DNA of 64,000 nt, taken from Christensenellales bacterium. Its GTDB lineage: Bacteria; Bacillota; Clostridia; Christensenellales; CAG-917. A program made the position numbers and the translations under genes. Of the stretch, positions 39,286-47,700 are shown one piece after another. How positions within the stretch are numbered: the first letter of the stretch is position 1; the number at the start of each line of letters is the position of its first letter. The DNA lies in the NCBI GenBank assembly GCA_045130665.1, contig JBGUQC010000004.1, forward strand, positions 635,217 through 699,216, read 5' to 3'. Below the pieces are notes generated by a model. It saw only the letters and a list, made by a program, of their open reading frames with translations. It was not told the origin of the DNA and searched no databases.

Positions 39286-40593
39286 CTATTTCGTCCAATT
39301 ATACTTGGTGTTCGGTTTTACTTCCTCATTTGCTTTTACCTCCTCTTGTTTTCTCTTTTCTTCGATTTCCTGTTCGATCTCCTTTAATCGGTTATGACAC
39401 GCGCTCGTGTGCGGATTGAATAGGTCGAACACCGAGGCGAATAGCCCATCGGTGATTCCTCGTATCTTCCGCGCCGAGATGGTCAAGTTGCGTTTTAACG
39501 CCTTGTCGTTGGTCTTGTACTGCCGTTTCGGGTTTCTTTGATATGTTTCCCTTTGAATGTCCCTGACGTGGCGGAGAACGATGTTCCCGAGTCTTCTTCT
39601 GTAATCCCATTCGACCGCTTCTATCGTGTGTAGCGTTTTCAGTCCGTCGCCCAACTCGGTAAAGCCTTCCATATTCTGAACACAGTGAAGTTCGCCATCA
39701 GCTTGATTCTTATACCATCCGCCCATCTTGTCCTGTAGCTTTTCTTTCGTGGCTCGTAGTTCCTTTTTGAAAGCGTCGTCGGCGCGTTGCGCTTCGGAAT
39801 CCATATCAATGAGATAATCGGCGATCATATCAATAAGCGGTCGGTGCGGCTTCATCTCTTTGCTCGCATACCATAACGGTTTGTCCCGTGGCAGTTCGTC
39901 GGCGAGTTCCTTCATCCACTTGCGAACGACGTCGTTGACGTGCGCCCGTCCGTATTCTTCGTTCTTTTGAAGAGCGTCGATCACGGCGTCCCTGCGCTTG
40001 TCCAACTCATCGTCGATGGTGTAGGCGTTCAGCCGTTCCGTCATCTTCTCGATGGCGTCCATCTGTATTTTACCTTTCTTGCGGTAGGTGTAGCCGGCGG
40101 CGCGTTTGTTCTTCACTTTCGGCTCTTTCTCAAAGAACAGGTAGTGGATATGTAGGTGAGTCACTTTGTCCAAGTGCAAGGCGCACATCAAGTCCATATT
40201 GTCGGGATCGAAGCCGGCGTCCTTGAAGAATTGATTGAACGTCTTTTTGACAAGCGCGATACACTTTTCGGGCGTGTCGATGAGGCGAGAGTCTTCCTCG
40301 TTAAAGGAGATAAACCCGTGCCACAAGTTCTTTTCGCCTTCTCTCGCACGTTTCTTGATTTCCTTGACCTCTTCCTTTGACAGCATACCGTTCTGATTGA
40401 ACACGCCCGTGCTCTTTTGCAGATATTCGAGCATCGTGAACTTCGTCGCTTCTTCGCCATATATCTTTCCTTCCGTGGTCATATACTTGTAGATATTGTT
40501 CTCGCCCGACATATCGTAGAAGGCGCGATTCTTGGCGTGTTTCTCTATCTCTTCTTGCGTTGCGTTCTTCGGCAACCGATACGGCGTGTACAA
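39286..40593 (-). CDS. Putative relaxase / mobilisation protein (MOBV-like His motif)
   Basis: ALHLDKVTHLHIHYLF resembles the HxDE..(P)HxH metal-binding motif of Mob/Pre relaxases such as MobM (VHLDESTPHMHM). The start is uncertain: the track uses a TTG with no SD sequence. Confidence 0.55.
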   Translation of the reverse strand: MYTPYRLPKNATQEEIEKHAKNRAFYDMSGENNIYKYMTTEGKIYGEEATKFTMLEYLQKSTGVFNQNGMLSKEEVKEIKKRAREGEKNLWHGFISFNEEDSRLIDTPEKCIALVKKTFNQFFKDAGFDPDNMDLMCALHLDKVTHLHIHYLFFEKEPKVKNKRAAGYTYRKKGKIQMDAIEKMTERLNAYTIDDELDKRRDAVIDALQKNEEYGRAHVNDVVRKWMKELADELPRDKPLWYASKEMKPHRPLIDMIADYLIDMDSEAQRADDAFKKELRATKEKLQDKMGGWYKNQADGELHCVQNMEGFTELGDGLKTLHTIEAVEWDYRRRLGNIVLRHVRDIQRETYQRNPKRQYKTNDKALKRNLTISARKIRGITDGLFASVFDLFNPHTSACHNRLKEIEQEIEEKRKQEEVKANEEVKPNTKYNWTK

Positions 40594-40639
40594 TATATCA
40601 AAGATAACCGGTGATTTGTTTTGTTCTATAATGATTTCC

Positions 40640-40730
40640 TCCTTTTGTTAGTGTGTTTTCCCGTTGTCAAAACGGTTGTCGGGTATCCCGAAACCGTAAA
40701 TCCTTTTGCGGTGAAACTGCAAAAGCTTAG
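40640..40730. other. Candidate oriT region upstream of the relaxase gene
   Basis: TAGTGTGTT lies at 40648-40656. GTTGTC direct repeats sit inside a CCCG...CGGG bracket at 40660-40683. A 7-bp inverted repeat CTTTTGC/GCAAAAG lies at 40703-40725. Confidence 0.3.
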
Positions 40731-40788
40731 CCTGCTTACTTTTTCCTCTTTTTTGCTTCACTTTTGCTTGCAACTTTGCTTTCACGTT

Positions 40789-41493
40789 TTAACCGATAAT
40801 TTCTTTGTAATGCGTCAGGATCTGATACAGGCTCTTGCAATCCGCGTACGCCGTATGTGGCAATACGTAATCCAACATCCACCAGTCAACGTCCGCCGTC
40901 AGGTGTATACTTGACTTGTATATATCGTTCCTTATTTGCGGGTGACGTTGCAAAAATCCGTCCATATCAAGCCGCCCTTGTCGTTCGTCGCTTACTTCTC
41001 TGACTTGATCGGCGGTAACGGGGATACGCTCGGTTCTGCCGCCTTTACTGCCAACTCTGCGCCGGACTTTCGATAGGTCTAACTTCCGCTTTGCGAGCGC
41101 AAAGAACCCGTCGAGCGGCGGTTTCAACGTAGGCGTTTTGTCCTCGAACATATACCCGCAGATGGCTTTGACGTACTGTCCGCTTTGCTTGTCGTCAAGT
41201 AAGGTAAGCGCGTCGTAAAAGTTCTCTTGAAAGGTAAAGTGTTTCATCCGTCTATTCAGTCCCGCGCTCTGCTTGCCGCACTTCACGGCGTCTTTGCTCT
41301 CTTCCAATACGTCCACGAGATTGTCCCAATAGAAACGCTCTTTGCCGTCCGTGATTTCAGTCACAGGCTCATCGGTGAACATGAAGGCGCACATCCGCTT
41401 TGCCATTCGTCCCGCTTCTTCGTCTGTTAAGCCGTTCAGTATCTCGGCGTAAAAGTCGTAGAAGGGGAATTGATTGATTTGTCTTTCTTCCAT
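40789..41493 (-). CDS. Conserved MGE protein with an internally duplicated helical module, function unknown
   Basis: Module A is FPFYDFYAEILNGLTDEEAGRMAKRMCAFMFTDEP and module B is FTFQENFYDALTLLDDKQSGQYVKAICGYMFEDKTP. Strong AAGGAGG RBS. Confidence 0.45.
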   Translation of the reverse strand: MEERQINQFPFYDFYAEILNGLTDEEAGRMAKRMCAFMFTDEPVTEITDGKERFYWDNLVDVLEESKDAVKCGKQSAGLNRRMKHFTFQENFYDALTLLDDKQSGQYVKAICGYMFEDKTPTLKPPLDGFFALAKRKLDLSKVRRRVGSKGGRTERIPVTADQVREVSDERQGRLDMDGFLQRHPQIRNDIYKSSIHLTADVDWWMLDYVLPHTAYADCKSLYQILTHYKEIIG

Positions 41494-41849
41494 TTACTTC
41501 CTCCTTATTTGTGTTTTTGTTTGCCGCCGTTTAACGACCGTCGGCACGTCATTCAGTTGTGCATACGCATCACCTCCCGTTTGATTGATTCGCCCACAAA
41601 AGGGCATAAAAAAGCCGCCGATATGTCCTACCGCCGACTTTGATATTTGTTGTTCAGTTGTGGTTGTCGCTTTCTTTATTACGTCATCAATTACATCTCC
41701 TTGTCAGATTCATAGCATACGAAAACGGAAGTCTTGTGCAGACTCCCGCCTTTGTTGCGTTATTCAGTTTGTCGAGCGAAACGTTTATTCCCCTCTATAA
41801 TATAGCCAGGAGAGCGTTGAAAAATCGTACCCCCTGTTAAAAATTCCGA

Positions 41850-42434
41850 TTATTTGCCGAAAAGTACCTTTAATAAACGCAGTTGTGCTAATTCTTCTTC
41901 AGTTTGTTTTAAGGCGCGCTCGCGCTCTCTCTTACGCTTTCGCGCTTCCTTTCTCTTCTGCCGTTTCTTCCCTTTCTTGGCTTCGATGGCTTGCAAACGG
42001 AGTTTTTCGAGGTTCTCTTCCGCTTTCAGAATGAGTTTGCGGACGGCGCCTTCCGTCACGCCCATCTCTTTGGCAATATCGACTTTCTTCATTTCAAGAT
42101 ACTTGAACTTGAAGTAAGCTTGCGCCTGCCGCGCCGTGAGCCGCGACTCCAACCATTTCTGTTTCCGCTCCAGTCGCTCGTCTTCCATCTGAGCCAATTC
42201 TTCTTCGAGTTCTTCTTCTTCGCGTTTCTCCCACACGGTCTCAATATCCGAATTAGGATCGGCGAACTCAAAACCCGCTTCTTCGAGCATATCCAAAGAA
42301 ACGTGCCGCCGCGTTTCTTTCCGGTTCACTTTCTGCTCGTATTTCTCAAGCTCGTAGAACACTTCCGCGACTTCGTCCGTTACTTCCAATTCTTCTTTAT
42401 GCCCATCGGCAAAGGTGTATAAAATCGTTTTCAT
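41850..42434 (-). CDS. Sigma-70 region-4-like HTH protein
   Basis: LTARQAQAYFKFKYLEMKKVDIAKEMGVTEGAVRKLILKAEENL is a region-4/LuxR-type HTH. It is followed by a Lys/Arg/Glu-rich tail. Confidence 0.55.
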   Translation of the reverse strand: MKTILYTFADGHKEELEVTDEVAEVFYELEKYEQKVNRKETRRHVSLDMLEEAGFEFADPNSDIETVWEKREEEELEEELAQMEDERLERKQKWLESRLTARQAQAYFKFKYLEMKKVDIAKEMGVTEGAVRKLILKAEENLEKLRLQAIEAKKGKKRQKRKEARKRKRERERALKQTEEELAQLRLLKVLFGK

Positions 42435-42450
42435 TTTATCGATTATTCAG

Positions 42451-44781
42451 CTATTTTATCATTATAATTGCGCCAGTATATGTATCTATTTTGTATTTAA
42501 TTTCTATATTTAAGATGACATACTCTTTATGTAATGCTCTTGCAACATCTTCCCTTGACATAAAAATGCTTTTATAGACATATTGACCATCAGGACGTTT
42601 ATACTTTTCAACTTCTTGTTCTAGATTTTCTCCGTCCAAATCATCGGCCTCAAACTTTACGATGTTACAATTAAAAGAGAATCCATCTTTTAAAATGAAT
42701 ACCGGCTTAAAGAAAATGTGGCTCTTAATCTTTTCTGCTTTTTCCATTTTCTTTTGATAAGATTGTTTTATCTCCTCATCTTTAATAGCATACCAATGAC
42801 GAATAGCTCCGCCATTAACGTACTGAATGTTCTTTGTCAGTAGATCTTTTGCATGTTCATCAAAAAGGTTTTCTCTTTCTATAATTTCTACATAATCATT
42901 TTCAATTTTAGTCCCTATTTCATGCAGAATTCCCCGAACGAATGAATCAATGATAACTTCGTCAAAATTGATCGCATCTGATGCTCTTTCGCACAAAACG
43001 GAAAGATATCTTGATTGTTCGTTTTTAATGTCTATAGCTTTATTAAAGCCCCATTCTTCCTCAACTTTACTTTCTATAGCAGGACCATATTTGTTTTCTA
43101 TATCCCTATTGCTGACTTTAGATGCTTGTTTAATCGTTTCCTCCAACTCATCCTTTTTCAACTCATCTAAATACGATTTAAAAGTATGTTCTCTTTCTTC
43201 CAAATTAATAAAAGCATCAAATACCGTTTGGTCTAATGAATAAAAGCCTACCATTTTTATCATTTTTTCAGAAGGGTGAAAACTCATGCCATCAAAGCAC
43301 TGTTTTTCAAACTCTTTTAGGTGAAAACTTATTTTCTCAAACAAACTCTTGTAATCATAATCATATATCTTCTCACTCAAAAACAGAGTTGTCAAGAACC
43401 AATCTGAAGCAAAATTCTCATCCAAAACAACGCTGTGCATAAATCCACTATAAAGCATAAATTCTAAAATAGAACTGTTTTCATTGAAAATTGTCATAAA
43501 GTCATTATAATTAGCGGCACAATTTTGCACATAGAACTTGAACATATTATTCCAAGAAACTATCGCTGTATTATCGGTAACCCCTGAATAAGCCATGAAG
43601 TCCTTAATATGCTCTTTTACAGTCTCAGTGGTATCTATCTCGCATTCTGCCAAATAGTATAAATACATACTTATAAGAGCAAACATTGTGGTTGATAACG
43701 AATCACTCCCTAGCATAAAATAGTTGACTGAATAATGCTTCCTAATTGTTTCCAGCAGATAAAAATCATTATATTTGATAGTAGTAGACAGGATTGATAG
43801 AATAACAGCTTCCGTAAAACAATCTTTTGTGCTTAAAGTCTCCTCATGTTTATTATAAAAAGACAATAAACCAGCAATAAATTCGGCTGTTTTTTCTCGA
43901 GATTGCGTATTCATCAACAATCTATAGATTGTCCTAGAAACATAATGTTTGCAGTTTGTTATTTCATCACCAATTATTGTGTAGATGTCAAAGTTCCACC
44001 ACAGAATATCCGAAACCGAATCGGTTAAAGCACGAGCAACCGTCTTAAATTCCTTATGATCGTTTATTGTATCAAGATCGAATGATGTTTTTTGTAGGTA
44101 ATCTAAAAGAGAATACAATACCTTTTTGTTATATTCGGGATAATCATCCTCTTTTAGCGCATCATATACAACACTAATATTCTTATCTTTTAACTGAAAA
44201 GAAACAGCTTTGTCAAAATCTATAGACAAAGGATCTGTTGCCTTTAAGGGAACGATGAATCTATTTTTGATGATTTTTTGCATGGCTTTTTCACTTGCCA
44301 TCATATATGGAATTTCCATATACAAAATATAAATACAAAAAATAAAAATCGCCAATGTAATACCCATGCACAATACCATTTGAGAGCATAAGTAAAAAAT
44401 GACATCCAAGAATAATGTGCTAAACGATATTATAGCACAAGCCCTCAGTGAGAAATGCTTGTCTACACGCATAGAGTATAGTTTACTTACTGTAATTCCG
44501 AATTGCTCATTATGTTGCAAAGAAACAGAAATACCCAAGATCGATACTATACAACAGACTATAGCCGCTATAACTTGACAAGAAATGCCTATTGCATTAA
44601 CAATAGATTCGCAACCATTCAACCAACGAAAGTGTTGCTCTATTATATCTAACACTATTGAAACAACGAGCAATATAACTGTAATTGAAATAATGAAATA
44701 GAATGAACCATTCTTTATTGCAGGAAACAACAGTTCGCTGCCTTTATTGTTTGAGTTTTTCTTTTCTTCCGTATCTCCCAT
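42451..44781 (-). CDS. 776-aa protein: four N-terminal TM helices plus a ~600-aa cytoplasmic domain with no recognisable motif
   Basis: Long uninterrupted ORF that starts 4 nt after the helicase-MTase stop. I found no Walker, PLD, HD, TIR or SIR2 motif. Composition is AT-rich, unlike its neighbours. Confidence 0.6.
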   Translation of the reverse strand: MGDTEEKKNSNNKGSELLFPAIKNGSFYFIISITVILLVVSIVLDIIEQHFRWLNGCESIVNAIGISCQVIAAIVCCIVSILGISVSLQHNEQFGITVSKLYSMRVDKHFSLRACAIISFSTLFLDVIFYLCSQMVLCMGITLAIFIFCIYILYMEIPYMMASEKAMQKIIKNRFIVPLKATDPLSIDFDKAVSFQLKDKNISVVYDALKEDDYPEYNKKVLYSLLDYLQKTSFDLDTINDHKEFKTVARALTDSVSDILWWNFDIYTIIGDEITNCKHYVSRTIYRLLMNTQSREKTAEFIAGLLSFYNKHEETLSTKDCFTEAVILSILSTTIKYNDFYLLETIRKHYSVNYFMLGSDSLSTTMFALISMYLYYLAECEIDTTETVKEHIKDFMAYSGVTDNTAIVSWNNMFKFYVQNCAANYNDFMTIFNENSSILEFMLYSGFMHSVVLDENFASDWFLTTLFLSEKIYDYDYKSLFEKISFHLKEFEKQCFDGMSFHPSEKMIKMVGFYSLDQTVFDAFINLEEREHTFKSYLDELKKDELEETIKQASKVSNRDIENKYGPAIESKVEEEWGFNKAIDIKNEQSRYLSVLCERASDAINFDEVIIDSFVRGILHEIGTKIENDYVEIIERENLFDEHAKDLLTKNIQYVNGGAIRHWYAIKDEEIKQSYQKKMEKAEKIKSHIFFKPVFILKDGFSFNCNIVKFEADDLDGENLEQEVEKYKRPDGQYVYKSIFMSREDVARALHKEYVILNIEIKYKIDTYTGAIIMIK

Positions 44782-44785
44782 ATAT

Positions 44786-47700
44786 TTACTCCATAGGTTT
44801 GATCATCGCCTCGATGAAAGCGATTTCGGATTCATCGAGGTTGTATATAGCGTATAATTGCTTGTCGATCTCGGGAACAGACTTCGACCAATCAATATCG
44901 GACTTGGCGGTAAAGTCTTGCATGGGAACAAACTTCCAGACTTTTTTTGTATTGTCTTGGGTGACTTTTAATATGCCCAACAATGTCCTTGCAAATTTCG
45001 ACTTAATATATTTCAAAACAGCTTCGGCTTCTGATTTCGAAGATGTTTCTCCCGCAGAAATATAGGTTTCGGTATAGCCGATCAACGGCGAGCCGATCAA
45101 CGGCGTAGATAACACTTCTCCAATTGCGCCCGATCCATTTGCTTTAGGAAACATAACTTTATACTTGTATAGATTATCTATTGGCGCCAAGTAGTCTTTC
45201 CTAAACCACCTATACACTCTATTGCTCCCAATATTCCCAAGCAATTGAATGTAGTCTTTACCATCATTAGGCTTATCCACTGTAAACAAAGCCGGCATAC
45301 GCTCAAATGCACTGGTTGAGATTCTTCTATCGGATGTTTTCTTCATCTCTTCAGGATGTTCTTCGTAAACTAAATCAGAAAACCTATATTGACCTCTGTT
45401 CAAAATAGTATCCGCGAAACTCTCGGTTGTTATAGCCCAAACTTTATTCTTGATGCTGTTTAACTCTTCATAGGAACAATACATTCCTATTGCGCCAAAG
45501 TTTGTCTTTGAATCTCTGTATGTAATTGCCACGCCACCCTTGATATCTACGTTGGGAAATACCTCGGAACTATCAGAAGTATAATACAAAACTTTGAAGT
45601 GTTCGTCCGAAAGAACTTTTTCATTCCAACTTGAAGGCGTTGCACCGGCATTGAATAAGAAACGAGCAGGCGTTATAAAACTAACTTTTTCTGACAACCT
45701 AAACGCAACATCCATGAACAGGTGATATATCGGTTTATCATTAACCGAACTTGCAACCGCTTCTTGATACGGCGGGTTTCCTACTACTGCGTCGAATTTC
45801 ATTTCTGCTACTCCTTTATTCCAATAACTGCCTCTCGTGACTTTTGCGCGGAATTGTTCCGGTTTCTCTTTTAGTTGGTTGATTAAGTCCTCAAAATAGT
45901 GGGCGTTTGCCTTTGTGCCGGAATATCCACAAAGGGTACGAATGGTGATATATTTTGCCATTTCCGTCTTGCAAATAACGAAGACGTTTTCTTTTACGGT
46001 CAAGTTCCATAGTTCGCGTTGTTTTTCGAGCGTCAATTCCTCTTGGCACTCCTCGCAACGCTTACGGTATATGCTGTAGGTGACGTACAACGGATACAAG
46101 CCTGTTTTGGAATTGATCTCCAATATCCGCGCGGAGGTATTGGCGAGCGTATCCGACGTCACTTTGCCGCGATCGACAAAACGAGGTTCTTCTATCGTTT
46201 CCTCGTGGTTTTCGTCGTAGAAATCATACCCGCCCAAACAATCGCTAATGTGCATATTGACGACGCGCCACGGCGTAAGCACCGTTTCTTTGTCGGGATT
46301 CTTGAAAGTAGCAAACAAAGCGGATATCTTTTGCACTCTTTCGGTGGGAGAGAGTAAGTCGGCGGCTTTTGCCAATTGACGGATACGACGACCGGCGGCA
46401 ATGAAGATATCGGCGTCATAATATTTTGCAAACTTTTTGAAAAGTTCTTTGGTGACGCCTTGCCCCTTGTTCTCCTTATCCTTCGACTCGTTCTTGGGCA
46501 TAAACTCTTTCCAAGATGCGTCGTCGATCAGATCGGTGAAGTTGTCGATGGTAATATCCTTATCAATAGGAATGTTCGCGCCGTAAATCAAAAGCGGTAT
46601 GCGTACGGATATGCCGCGCAAAATGGAAATGGCTTTTTGTTTATTATCTTGTTTCTTCTTTTTCTCCTCAAGGAAAGCGATCTCTTCGGGTGTGCGCTCT
46701 TTTTTCGGTTTACGCTCGATTCGTTCCAACTCCTCGTATTCTTCATCGGTAAACCCTTGATTGTTGACGTCAACGGTTTCCACTTTTTTGGATTGTTTAC
46801 TTGCGCCGATGATCTTTTTCAAGTCTTCAAAGTCTTTGAGTTCCAGTCCATCCAACTTCATCAGGTTGTCGTTGTAAATATGGATATCGTCGAAGCCGTT
46901 GCGGACAACCCTATCGGTATAGACGCGCTTGAGTTGTTGCAACAATCCGTCCACGTTATAGGGGAGCATATTGGAGCCTTCCACTGCAATAACGGGGCAG
47001 AAGTTGAGGAACTCGCCCATGATCACTTTATCACTGGATGTATCGCCGGCTCGTGTGGAAAGCCGTCCGGCTTCGGCAACGACTTTCAATGTCCTATCCG
47101 GCGCAAAGTCAAAGACATAGCATTCTTCTTTGATCTTACCGTTGATATTGGCGGGCGACTGCACACGGAAAATGGTCTGCATATAACTGGATGCAGACGT
47201 TGAAAACGTACCCGCAAGCATAAAGACCGCCGTCCATTCGGGAACGGTCACACCTGTAGTCAATCGACCACAAGAAAGAGTGATCGAATACGTTTCGGCG
47301 GGATTATCTCCGAAGGCGTCCTGCACCTTCTTCAACGCTTCGGCAGACTTTTCTTCCTCGTCGCCGCTTCCCGCGACGTTTGCGATATTAAAGTGTTTGA
47401 AAACAGGGTGCTGTTTGAGAAGCGCCGACAAAGCGCGGGCTTCTTTTACGCCCGGAACCATCCACAAAGAGTGACGGAAATAATTGCGATACTCTTCGGT
47501 AGAGTACGGGTAGTTGCTGTTTTCATCCGTCTTGCAAAGGAGATTGAGAAAACTCTCCACGTCGGCTTTGTGTACAAAGTCGCCGACTTTTGCATTCGAC
47601 GGAATCGCTTTGAAGTCCTTCTCGGGTTTTCCCGTCCAAGTGCGGAAGAACTCGTGGAAGTTGAAAGCGGAGTCCTCGGCGTCAATATATCCGGGGATCA

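Noticed and set aside
40621-41800. Plus-strand ORFs in island intergenic regions (40621-40914, 41585-41800, 41640-41840)
   Set aside because: They have no RBS and hydrophobic, low-complexity translations. They span regions better explained as the oriT or regulatory DNA, or they overlap the 3' end of a minus-strand gene.
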